Source: Candidatus Woesearchaeota archaeon
GTDB taxonomy: Archaea > Nanobdellota > Nanobdellia > Woesearchaeales > 21-14-0-10-32-9
NCBI GenBank assembly: GCA_047602735.1
Contig: JBLKOK010000002.1
Span: 20,280 to 84,279, forward strand
DNA length: 64,000 bases
Direction: 5' to 3'
The notes below the pieces were generated by a model, which saw only the letters and a list, made by a program, of their open reading frames with translations, was not told where the DNA came from and ran no database searches. Within the stretch, counting starts at the first letter, position 1; every line of letters begins with the position of its first letter. Made by a program: the position numbers and the translations under genes. Below, in pieces: positions 54,197 to 64,000 of this stretch.

Positions 54197-57100
54197 ATGG
54201 GTAGAGGTGTATTGGTTTTTTTAGTGTTCTTATTATTAGTTTTACCTATAGCGAGTGCAGATATAGGATTACTTGAAAGTTTAAGTACAACTGATAGCAG
54301 AGGAGAAAAAATAGACGTTTATATCAGCATTCAAAATAATGAAGGTATAAGCAGACAAGTTTCTAATCAAATAACAACAGAAAAGTTAATTGATGTATTA
54401 GATGTTTCAAATGAACAAGTCTTAAAGAGTATAAATACTATTTATGGAAGTTTTACTCAAGAACAAATAGATGTTTTGAAAAAAGATCCTTCGATTAAAA
54501 TAAGTAAGCCTATGGATATTGAGATTCGTAGATTTTTAAGTGAGAGTACTGATATAATAGGCGCCGTAGATACTAGGAACATAGTGGTTAATTCTCAAAA
54601 TATTACTGGTAAACACCAAACTGTTTGTATTATAGATGATGGTATTGATGTAGATCATCCTGATTTAAGCAATAGAATATTATACACTTATGATTTTGTA
54701 GAAAATACAACTACTATTAATTTTAAAGAAAGACATGGAACTCATGTGGCAGGAATCGTTGGTGCTAGTGGAGGAATAAACGGAACAGCTCCCGAAGTTG
54801 GTTTAATAGGTTTAGATGTTTTTTCAGGATCTAATGGAACTAACGATATTTTAATTAATAGAGCAATAGACTGGTGTATAACTAATGCACAAGACTATAA
54901 TATAAGTGTTATAAGTATGAGTCTTGGAGGAAATAAATTTAATAACACTTGTGATAACTATATACCCACAACTACTAGTTTAATAAATGCTGCTAATTCT
55001 AATAATATAAGTGTGGTTATTGCAACAAGTAATGCTAATGCTACACAAAATGCGAGCGCAGGCATTGCTTTTCCTGCATGTATAAGTGGAGCTATTAGAG
55101 TTGGTGCTAGTAGTAAAGCAGATGCAATAACTAGTTATTCATTTAGGAATGTTAATTTTTCAGATATACTTCTAGCTCCAGGAGGTACAGGTCAAGGACC
55201 TTGTACACCTAGTGGAACTCATAATGGTATTTGTTCTACTGATGTAGGCGGAGGATATTATTCTATAGTTGGTACTTCTATGGCTACTCCTCATGTTAGC
55301 GGAGTTATTGCTTTACTTCAGCAATATAATTTTAACTATGGTCTTCCTATGCTTACTCCTGCAGAAATTTTTGAAGTGTTAAATAGTACAGGTGTTTCTT
55401 TATATGACTCAGAAACTGATAAGAATTATACTCGTATTGATGCGTTTAGTGCTATTGAAGCTTTAAGCGATAATATTGAGCTAGATTTATATTTGTCAGT
55501 TAGTAATTTGACTATTAATGATAATATTACTATAATCTGGAACAGTTCTGGAAGTATTGAAACAATTTGGTTAAATATATCTAATAAAGATTTTGATATG
55601 GTGTTTAATTCTACTAATTTAAGTGGAATTGTTACTTTAGGTTATCCTATTCTTAATTTATCAGGAAGTTACAACATAACTTTTTATGCTGAAAATAATT
55701 TTGAGAATAAAATAAGAAATGCCACTTTTGAATTGTTAAAAATAACTCCAGATATTGGTTTGTTGCTTAATGGAAATAATACTAATATAAGTGTAATAGC
55801 TGAAAATGTTAGTGTTAATATATTCACTAATGAAAGTCCTAGTTCTGATTTTGATTTGTTTATTAATAATGAATTTAATTTATCTAATTCTAGTATTAAT
55901 GTTACTTATTTATTTGAGGAATTAGGAGTGTATAATATAACTGTTGTTCATAATGAATCTGAATTTTATAATGCGGTTTATGAAAGTTTATTTGTTAATC
56001 TTACTGGTTTTCCTATAACTTTAGAAATTAATAGTTCTGTTAGCGCTCTAGATTTTAGTGAAAATATTACTATAATCTGGAATGCTTCGGGTAGTATAGA
56101 TACTATTTGGTTTAACATAACTGATCCTGATGAAACAGTTATTTTTAGTTCAGAAAATATTAGTGGCGGAGTATTTTTAGATATTAATAATTTGACTATA
56201 GATGGAGTTTATAATATTACTTTGTTTGCTGAAAATAATTTAAAAACTAATATTTCAAGCGCCAGTTTTAATGTTTCTAAGATTGTTCCAAATGTTACTT
56301 TGTTGATGAATGGTAGTTTTAGTAATCTTACTTTGTTTGAAAGAGGAGATGTTAATATAACTGCGTTTGAGAATAGTAGTTATGAGCTAGATTTGTTGAT
56401 TAATAATACTTTAACTGAAACAAATAATTACATAGAACAAGTTATCTTATTTGAGCTTGGAAGCTATAATATAACTGCTAGGTTTAATGAAAACGTCACT
56501 CATCTTGGTGTTCAAGAAACACTGTTTTTAGACGTTGTTTTAGCTAATCCAAATATTACTTTTAGTTCTGATTTGAATGTTAGTATTTATGAAAATCAAA
56601 CTGTTTTATTAGATCCTGTAATTGTTGATCCTTTTAATAGAAGTCTTAGTTATGAGTGGTATTTTGATGATGTTTTGTTAGTTGATGAGAATAGTACTAA
56701 TTATTTGTTTAATGGTTCTAGTGAAGGTGTTGGGAATTATAATGTTACTTTGATTGTTATTGCTAATGAAACTAGAAACAGTAGTATTAGTTGGAATATA
56801 ACTGTTGATTATGTTCCTCCAAGTGTGTTTAATATTGTTCCTAGCCAAGGATCGGTTGTTATAAAGCAAAATAATAGTTTGGTTATGAGTGTTGATGCAA
56901 CTAATTTTTATAATGAGACTAATTTGAGTTATGAGTGGTTTGTTGATGAAGTTTTAGTTGAAGATAATTCTAGTAGTTATGAGTTTAATACTAGTAAGAG
57001 TTTTGGTGTTTATAATGTTAGTTTAGTTGTTAATAATTCGTTTGCCGTTAGTGTTGTTAATTGGACTGTTGAGGTTGTTGATAATCGTCCTCCAGAATTT

Positions 57101-58222
57101 ATCGGACCTAACATCGCTAATAGAGTTATAATTCAAGGTGAAACCGTTGTTTTAGTTAATAATTTGAATGATTTATTTTTTGATCCTGATGGGGATTTAA
57201 TAGAGTACAGACTGGAGCGTGTTAGTGGTACTTCAGATATTGTTCTTTCTAGTACTGGTCCTGATTTAACAGTTTTTGCTCAAAATCTTGGTCAAAGAAA
57301 TTATACCATAGTTGCTGAAGATACAGATGGTGCTACTGCTTCAAGTAACGTGTTTGAAATTGATGTTAGACCTGTTACTAGCGCCCCTAGTGCTCCAGGT
57401 GGCGCTGATGGAGGGGCTGCAGCTATGCCTGCTGCGGCTAGTTCTGCAACTGATGATGTTAAAGATGATGAAGATGATTCAGAAGAAGATGATTCTGTTA
57501 CTAGTAGAATTGCTAGTAGCGTTGAAGAAGACGAAGATGTTGTTGTGTTTAATCCTGTTGTTAGAAGTAGTAACGAAGATGTTGTTTTAACTCAAAGAGT
57601 AATTGAAAATGTTAGCATTCCTCCGCCTGCAAGAGTTTATAAGATTTTAGAAATTAATTCTAGTGATAACGTAGAGTTAGAAATTGAGTTTGATGTTGAA
57701 AAGAGTTGGCTTGCAGAAAATAATTTGGATGCCGTAGATGTTGCTTTGTATAAGTTAGAGGGTGATGATTGGGTTATGCTTAGGACTGAAGTTGTAAGAG
57801 AAGGCAGTGATTATTTTAGTTATGTAGCTATTACTCCTGGTTTTAGTATTTTTGCAATTGGAGAAAGAATCATTGATGAATCTAGTAGTAATTGGAGTAC
57901 TTGGTTGTTTAATATTTTGAGTGCTATTTTTGCAATTGTAGCAATTTTATTAACAATTGTTTTAGTTGAAAAGTATGCCAAGAAGCATGCTGTTAAAACT
58001 GTTAAGAAGTTTGAGGATCAACAAGAAGGTTTGGTTGATCAGGTTAATAATTACAAAAAAGATGTTGAGAGACATATTAAAGAAAATAATTTATCTGAAG
58101 CAAAAAAGAGTTATAATGATTTGAAAGAGATTTATGATCATAGTATTACTTTGAGTGAAGAAGAAAGAAAAGAATTAGGTAAGCAATTACTTGATTATTA
58201 TAATCAAATAACTAAAAAATAA
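54197..58222 (+). CDS. subtilisin-like serine protease (S8) with a ~900 aa repeat-rich extracellular extension, an acidic Asp/Glu stretch, a PGF-pre-PGF-like segment, a C-terminal TM helix and a cytoplasmic tail
   Basis: Catalytic triad motifs VCIIDDGIDVDHPDL, HGTHVAGIV and GTSMATPHVSGVIALL. Signal peptide. Repeated NxT-rich modules (IIWNSSGSIETIWLNISN / IIWNASGSIDTIWFNITD). ...YFSYVAITPGFSIFAIGE lies ahead of the TM helix WLFNILSAIFAIVAILLTIVLV. Confidence 0.85.
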   Translation: MGRGVLVFLVFLLLVLPIASADIGLLESLSTTDSRGEKIDVYISIQNNEGISRQVSNQITTEKLIDVLDVSNEQVLKSINTIYGSFTQEQIDVLKKDPSIKISKPMDIEIRRFLSESTDIIGAVDTRNIVVNSQNITGKHQTVCIIDDGIDVDHPDLSNRILYTYDFVENTTTINFKERHGTHVAGIVGASGGINGTAPEVGLIGLDVFSGSNGTNDILINRAIDWCITNAQDYNISVISMSLGGNKFNNTCDNYIPTTTSLINAANSNNISVVIATSNANATQNASAGIAFPACISGAIRVGASSKADAITSYSFRNVNFSDILLAPGGTGQGPCTPSGTHNGICSTDVGGGYYSIVGTSMATPHVSGVIALLQQYNFNYGLPMLTPAEIFEVLNSTGVSLYDSETDKNYTRIDAFSAIEALSDNIELDLYLSVSNLTINDNITIIWNSSGSIETIWLNISNKDFDMVFNSTNLSGIVTLGYPILNLSGSYNITFYAENNFENKIRNATFELLKITPDIGLLLNGNNTNISVIAENVSVNIFTNESPSSDFDLFINNEFNLSNSSINVTYLFEELGVYNITVVHNESEFYNAVYESLFVNLTGFPITLEINSSVSALDFSENITIIWNASGSIDTIWFNITDPDETVIFSSENISGGVFLDINNLTIDGVYNITLFAENNLKTNISSASFNVSKIVPNVTLLMNGSFSNLTLFERGDVNITAFENSSYELDLLINNTLTETNNYIEQVILFELGSYNITARFNENVTHLGVQETLFLDVVLANPNITFSSDLNVSIYENQTVLLDPVIVDPFNRSLSYEWYFDDVLLVDENSTNYLFNGSSEGVGNYNVTLIVIANETRNSSISWNITVDYVPPSVFNIVPSQGSVVIKQNNSLVMSVDATNFYNETNLSYEWFVDEVLVEDNSSSYEFNTSKSFGVYNVSLVVNNSFAVSVVNWTVEVVDNRPPEFIGPNIANRVIIQGETVVLVNNLNDLFFDPDGDLIEYRLERVSGTSDIVLSSTGPDLTVFAQNLGQRNYTIVAEDTDGATASSNVFEIDVRPVTSAPSAPGGADGGAAAMPAAASSATDDVKDDEDDSEEDDSVTSRIASSVEEDEDVVVFNPVVRSSNEDVVLTQRVIENVSIPPPARVYKILEINSSDNVELEIEFDVEKSWLAENNLDAVDVALYKLEGDDWVMLRTEVVREGSDYFSYVAITPGFSIFAIGERIIDESSSNWSTWLFNILSAIFAIVAILLTIVLVEKYAKKHAVKTVKKFEDQQEGLVDQVNNYKKDVERHIKENNLSEAKKSYNDLKEIYDHSITLSEEERKELGKQLLDYYNQITKK

Positions 58223-58224
58223 TT

Positions 58225-59220
<996 letters not shown>

Positions 59221-59322
59221 TTACACCTCTACTAGTTAGGATTATTTATATTAAATATATAAAAAATGGTAATTACTTGAAGATAGTAAATAATTTAAAT
59301 AAGTGTTTATTTCTTTAAAACT

Positions 59323-59868
59323 ATGAAAGATTTTTGTTTAGCAGGAGGGTATGTATTAAATGACCATATAACTACTGCTTTAGTTGATAGAATTTTGCCT
59401 GAAGCAGATATGGATATTCATTATAAATTGCATGCACAAGATTTTATTAAATTTGATAATAAAGATCATACTTTTTATTCTAAAATAGCTATTGAGCCTA
59501 AATCTAGTTTGGGTATTAGATTATATAATAACAATAACTTAGTTGATTTGAGTAGTAAAGAACAAAGTTTTGATGATGAATTTAGATTTTTGTTAGGTCT
59601 TTATAATTTTAATATAAGAGCTGATGGCTTATTTGATAAAATATCAGACCTTGAAAATTTTAAAAATAAAGATGTTTTGTCAAATAAATTTTTGATTGAA
59701 AAAACTATTAGTAATTTGCCAAATAAATCTGCAACACATGTTTTGTTAAGCGAGCCTACTGTTTTATATAAAGAATTGCCTTTAGAACAAAATATTTCTA
59801 TTTATGAAAAGCCTGCAGATAATTATACAGGATATTTACTTTGGTCAGGAGTCTTATTAGAAAAGTAA
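59323..59868 (+). CDS. hypothetical protein
   Basis: ORF only. Confidence 0.25.
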   Translation: MKDFCLAGGYVLNDHITTALVDRILPEADMDIHYKLHAQDFIKFDNKDHTFYSKIAIEPKSSLGIRLYNNNNLVDLSSKEQSFDDEFRFLLGLYNFNIRADGLFDKISDLENFKNKDVLSNKFLIEKTISNLPNKSATHVLLSEPTVLYKELPLEQNISIYEKPADNYTGYLLWSGVLLEK

Positions 59869-59886
59869 AAAAAAGTAAAAAAAAAG

Positions 59887-62295
59887 TTATAAGCCGAGTT
59901 CTTTTTCTTTCTCAGCTATTTTAAGTCTTGTTTTTATGACAGTGTCTGGATTTAAACTCATGCTGTGTATTCCTGCTTCTACTAAGAATTGTGCAAAGTC
60001 TGGGAAGTCTGATGGCGCTTGTCCACAGATACCTATATATTTTCCTTTGTCATTTGCAGTTTTTATTACTTGTCTTAGTAATTTTTTTACAGCTTCGTTT
60101 CTTTCATCGTATACATGACTTACTAGCTCTGAGTCTCTATCTACTCCTAGTGTTAGTTGTGTTAAGTCGTTGCTTCCGATGCTAAATCCGTCAAATATTT
60201 CTAGGAATTCTTCTGCTAGTATTACGTTTGATGGTATCTCACACATAACGTATACTTTTAGTCCGTTTTCTCCTTGTTTTAGTCCATTTTGTTGCATTAC
60301 GTCTAAGACTTTTTTTCCTTCTTCTACTGTTCTACAAAACGGTATCATTATTGTTACGTTGTTTAGTCCAAATTCTTCTCTTACTTTTTTTAGAGCTGCA
60401 CATTCTAAGTCAAATGCAGGTCTGTATTTTTCTGAGTAGTAACGAGATGCTCCTCTCCATCCTATCATTGGGTTTTCTTCTTTTGGTTCAAATAAGCTTC
60501 CCCCTACTAGGTTTGCGTATTCGTTGCTTTTGAAGTCAGATAGTCTTACTATTACTGGTTTTGGATAAAATGCTGCTCCTAGCATTCCTATTCCTTCTGC
60601 TAGTTTGTCTATGAAGAATTGTGCTTTGTCATCGTATCCTTTTGTTATTTCATCTATTTTTTTCTTTAAGGATTTGTCTTCTATTTTGTCATATCCTAGA
60701 AGTGCTAGTGGGTGTACTACGATGCTTGTATTTATTATGAATTCTTCTCTTGCAAGTCCTACTCCTTCGTTTGGTGTGAAGCTTTTTTCAAATGCTTGGC
60801 TAGGTGTTGCTAGGTTCATCATTATTTTTGTTTTTGTTTCAGGTAGACTAGACATGTCTGTTTCTTCTATTTCAAATGGTACTAGTCCTTCGTATACATA
60901 TCCTATGTCTCCTTTGCTACAGTCTGCTGTTACATCAGATCCGTTTTTTATTTCTTGTGTTCCAGTTCCTGTTCCTACAATACAAGGTATTCCTAGTTCC
61001 CTACTAATTATTGCTGCGTGACAGGTTCTTCCGCCTCTGTTTGTTATTATTGCTGAGGCTATTTTCATTATTGGTTCCCAGTCAGGGTCTGTCATGTCTG
61101 TTATTAGGACTTCTCCTTTTTTGAATTGGTTTATGTCTTTTACGTCTTTTATTACGTGTGCTTTTCCTTGTCCAATTCTCTCTCCTACGCTTTTTCCTTC
61201 TATTATTGTTTTTCCTTCTTGTTTTATTACGTATTTGATTAGTTTATTTTGATCTTTTCTACTCTGAACGGTTTCTGGTCTTGCTTGTACTATGAATAGT
61301 TCTCCTGATTCTCCGTCTTTTGCCCATTCCATGTCCATTGGTTTGAAGTATCCTGCTTTTTCTGAGTAATGGTCTTCTATTATCACTGCCCATTTTGCTA
61401 GTTTGAGTACTTCGTCATCATTTATACAGAATTTGTCTCTTTCTTCTTTTGGTACATTAACGTTTTTTACAGGGTTGTTTCCTTGATGGTTGTAGATCAT
61501 CTTGATTGCTTTTTCTCCAACCTGTCTGTAAATTATAGGTCTTTTTCCTTCTCTTAGTGTTGGTTTGAATACGTAGAATTCGTCTGGGTTTACTGCTCCT
61601 TGTACTACGTTTTCTCCAAGTCCGTATGCTCCTGTTATGAAGACTGCGTCTTTGAATCCTGTTTCTGTGTCTATGCTAAACATTACTCCTGAGCTTGATA
61701 GGTCTGATCTTACCATTTTTTGTATTCCTACACTTAGTGCTATGTTGAAATGGTCAAATCCTTTGTCTTCTCTGTAGCTTATTGCTCTGTTTGTAAATAG
61801 TGATGCAAAGCATTTTTTACATGCTTCTAGTAATGCGTGTTCTCCTTTTATGTTTAGATATGTTTCTTGTTGGCCTGCAAAGCTTGCGTCTGGTAGGTCT
61901 TCTGCTGTTGCGCTGCTTCTTACAGCTACATCTACGTTATCTCCGTATTGTATGCAAAGATTTCTGTAACCTTCTCTTATTTCTTCGTTTAATCTTTCTG
62001 GGAATTCTGCGCTTCTTATTATTTCCCTTACTTTGTGTCCTCTTTCTGAGAGGTTTTTCATGTTGTGAGTGTCTAAGTCTTTTAAAGTGTCTTTTATTTT
62101 TTGCATTACTCCTGCTTCTTCTAAGAAATATCTGTATGCATGAGCTGTTAGTGCAAATCCATTTGGTATGTTTACGCCTTTTGGTGTTAGAAGCCTATAC
62201 ATTTCTCCTAAGGAAGCGTTTTTTCCTCCAACTATTGGTACGTCTTCTATTCCTAATTGATCAAACCATAAAACTAATGCACTATTTTTATCCAT
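59887..62295 (-). CDS. ppsA: phosphoenolpyruvate synthase (pyruvate, water dikinase)
   Basis: N-terminal ATP-grasp region, phospho-His domain GGRTCHAAIISRELGIPCIVG, and C-terminal PEP-utilising TIM barrel. 802 aa. Confidence 0.95.
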   Translation of the reverse strand: MDKNSALVLWFDQLGIEDVPIVGGKNASLGEMYRLLTPKGVNIPNGFALTAHAYRYFLEEAGVMQKIKDTLKDLDTHNMKNLSERGHKVREIIRSAEFPERLNEEIREGYRNLCIQYGDNVDVAVRSSATAEDLPDASFAGQQETYLNIKGEHALLEACKKCFASLFTNRAISYREDKGFDHFNIALSVGIQKMVRSDLSSSGVMFSIDTETGFKDAVFITGAYGLGENVVQGAVNPDEFYVFKPTLREGKRPIIYRQVGEKAIKMIYNHQGNNPVKNVNVPKEERDKFCINDDEVLKLAKWAVIIEDHYSEKAGYFKPMDMEWAKDGESGELFIVQARPETVQSRKDQNKLIKYVIKQEGKTIIEGKSVGERIGQGKAHVIKDVKDINQFKKGEVLITDMTDPDWEPIMKIASAIITNRGGRTCHAAIISRELGIPCIVGTGTGTQEIKNGSDVTADCSKGDIGYVYEGLVPFEIEETDMSSLPETKTKIMMNLATPSQAFEKSFTPNEGVGLAREEFIINTSIVVHPLALLGYDKIEDKSLKKKIDEITKGYDDKAQFFIDKLAEGIGMLGAAFYPKPVIVRLSDFKSNEYANLVGGSLFEPKEENPMIGWRGASRYYSEKYRPAFDLECAALKKVREEFGLNNVTIMIPFCRTVEEGKKVLDVMQQNGLKQGENGLKVYVMCEIPSNVILAEEFLEIFDGFSIGSNDLTQLTLGVDRDSELVSHVYDERNEAVKKLLRQVIKTANDKGKYIGICGQAPSDFPDFAQFLVEAGIHSMSLNPDTVIKTRLKIAEKEKELGL

Positions 62296-62480
62296 TTACT
62301 GACACCTCTTTTTTTTAACGTGAAAAAAAAACTAATTTTAAACTAATTTTTTAGTTTATTAGTTTATTAGTTATTTTTATACTATTCGTTGTCTTTTAAT
62401 AGCTATTTAAATCTTTCTAAGAATGCTAAAAAACATATTTAAAAATATCACCATATTTTATTTAATAATAATTATTAGTT

Positions 62481-62921
62481 TTAGTTTCTCTTTGCAGTTA
62501 AAGCGTTATATATGTCTTTTGCTAGGCTAACAGAGATAGAATTTTGACCAAAGCATTCCTTATATTTTCTTTCTAATACTTTACCGTTTCCACCAAAACT
62601 ATATTTTAAATGTAGAACAAAATCATCAGTTGAAGCACTAAAAAGTTCTAACTTTTTTCTATCAAACGTTCTAGAACCCCATTCTTCTGCTAAATCACAT
62701 CCATTTTTTACCGTAGATTCTAAGAGTAGAATTCCATTTTCAAATAAGGATACGTTATCATAAAATTTAGGTGTATCATATGTTTTTGTTAAAATTTGTC
62801 TTAAAGTAATTAATTGTTCTGCATATTTTTTAGCATCTGTTAGATATTTTAAAAAGGATACTTCTATACCTTTATCTTTAGCGTTTTCTTCAATTAATTT
62901 TTTTATATCAACTAATTCCAT
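62481..62921 (-). CDS. hypothetical protein
   Basis: ORF only. Confidence 0.25.
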   Translation of the reverse strand: MELVDIKKLIEENAKDKGIEVSFLKYLTDAKKYAEQLITLRQILTKTYDTPKFYDNVSLFENGILLLESTVKNGCDLAEEWGSRTFDRKKLELFSASTDDFVLHLKYSFGGNGKVLERKYKECFGQNSISVSLAKDIYNALTAKRN

Positions 62922-62968
62922 ATCTGTCTTAACTAAATATAATATATATAAATATTTCTAATAACAAA

Positions 62969-63592
62969 TTAAAATCCTTTTTTTCCTGTTAGTGGAACAA
63001 ACATTACATGATCGTGTTCTTCTTTTATTATTCCTTTTGGTGTTTTAATAATTTTAATTAGGGTTTGATTCATTCTATCTCCTACTGGTGCTACTAGTAT
63101 TCCTCCAGGGTTTAGTTGGTCTGTTATCTCGTTTGTTATTTCTGGGGTTGCTGCACTTATTAGTATTTTATCGTACGGGTAGCCTTGTATAAATCCTTGT
63201 GATCCATCTTGATTTAGTATTCTAGCATTTGGAATTTTTAGTTTTTTTAGTGTTTCTCTTGATATTTTTGCTAGTTCTTCGTTTATTTCTAGTCCTATTA
63301 CTTTTGATGATATTTTTGAAAGTATTGCACAAACATAGCCTGATCCTGAGCCTATTTCTAATATTTTGTCTGATGGTTGAGGATCTAATAATTCTAACAT
63401 TTTTGCTACTATGTATGGTTGAGAAATTGTTTGTGCTTGTCCTATTGGAAGTGCTAAGTCTGAGTATGCCAGGTTTTTTGATGGTTCTGGAACAAATAGT
63501 GATCTGTTTACTAAAGACATTGAATCGAGTACTTTTTTATTAGTTACTCCTCTTCTTTTTATGGTTGAAATCATTGATTGAATTTCTTTCAT
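62969..63592 (-). CDS. pcm: protein-L-isoaspartate O-methyltransferase
   Basis: ISQPYIVAKMLELL, SAM motif LEIGSGSGYVCAIL, and a post-II region typical of PIMT. Confidence 0.9.
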   Translation of the reverse strand: MKEIQSMISTIKRRGVTNKKVLDSMSLVNRSLFVPEPSKNLAYSDLALPIGQAQTISQPYIVAKMLELLDPQPSDKILEIGSGSGYVCAILSKISSKVIGLEINEELAKISRETLKKLKIPNARILNQDGSQGFIQGYPYDKILISAATPEITNEITDQLNPGGILVAPVGDRMNQTLIKIIKTPKGIIKEEHDHVMFVPLTGKKGF

Positions 63593-63626
63593 AACTAATA
63601 TATTGGTTTTTAGAACTTATAAATCT

Positions 63627-64000
63627 TTATTTCTTAACATATATTGTTCTTGTTGGGAATGCAAATCCTAATTTGGCTTTGTCAAATCTTTTTTTGATTT
63701 CCATATTTATTGCATCTCTTGCACCAAATATATTATCCATATTTTTAATCCAGTAAATTACCGTTATGTTTAAAGATGAATCTGCAAATTCTGTGAATGC
63801 TACTCTGTATTTGTCTTCTGTGTCTTTGTTTTCTATTATTATATCTTGTAATATTTTTTTTGCTTTTTCTAATTCTTTGTGAGTTGTTTTGTATTCTAAA
63901 GATACAGTCATATTTATTCTTCTTGCTGTTTCTCTACTAATATTTTCTAATATTGTATCTGATACTCTTGCGTTAGGGACTATTATTTGTGTTCCTGCAA
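63627..64000 (-). CDS. MscS-family mechanosensitive channel, C-terminal part (gene continues beyond the 3' end of the window)
   Basis: Manual translation upstream of the track ORF gives ...AGTQIIVPNARVSDTILENISRETARRINMTVSLEY..., the MscS beta-domain signature. The frame is open to position 64000. Confidence 0.7.
   Translation of the reverse strand, partial: AGTQIIVPNARVSDTILENISRETARRINMTVSLEYKTTHKELEKAKKILQDIIIENKDTEDKYRVAFTEFADSSLNITVIYWIKNMDNIFGARDAINMEIKKRFDKAKLGFAFPTRTIYVKK

Overview
This window is AT-rich (about 30% GC by eye), with short intergenic spacers and frequent ATGA/4-nt start-stop overlaps. The Sec11-type signal peptidase, TatA/TatC, tRNA architecture and surface proteins dense in N-x-S/T sequons all point to an archaeon, most plausibly a small-genome DPANN-like lineage. 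Housekeeping genes lie at both ends. At the 5' end are a glycogen-debranching-like fragment, a radical-SAM-like protein, an AI-2E transporter, a MacB-type ABC exporter set and a PadR regulator. At the 3' end are thymidine kinase, a Sec11 signal peptidase, a P-type ATPase, SMC, a giant subtilase, type-I GAPDH, PEP synthase, Pcm and a partial MscS. Between tRNA-Thr (9.3 kb, minus) and tRNA-Ile (40.6 kb, plus) is a ~31 kb accessory-looking stretch. It holds a MoxR-DUF58-vWA operon and a four-gene operon of huge N-glycosylated surface proteins with cadherin-like motifs. It also holds two small TasA/camelysin-like secreted proteins beside a catalytically degenerate S26 signal-peptidase-like protein, followed by tandem TatA-TatA-TatC. 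The most unusual part, at about 24.5–37.8 kb, is a fibre-like module. It begins with a repeat-rich secreted protein carrying an internal 172-bp perfect duplication, a Tfx-like HTH gene preceded by a 10-bp tandem repeat, and a Tat-signal protein with tail-fibre-like motifs. These are followed by a signal-less triple LamG/ConA-like lectin protein, three glycosyltransferases, and three tandem collagen-like (Gly-X-Y) proteins. Each collagen-like protein ends in a phage-tail-fibre-type intramolecular-chaperone (peptidase S74-like) domain. This looks like a previously undescribed archaeal, possibly virus-derived, collagen-fibre and glycosylation system. No capsid, terminase or integrase is visible in the window. 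Downstream of tRNA-Ile there is a hotspot of rearrangement: thymidine kinase, an MNT/HEPN pair whose HEPN gene carries an in-frame stop, and a Hel308-like helicase lacking its whole N-terminal RecA1 half. No rRNA and no CRISPR array were seen.
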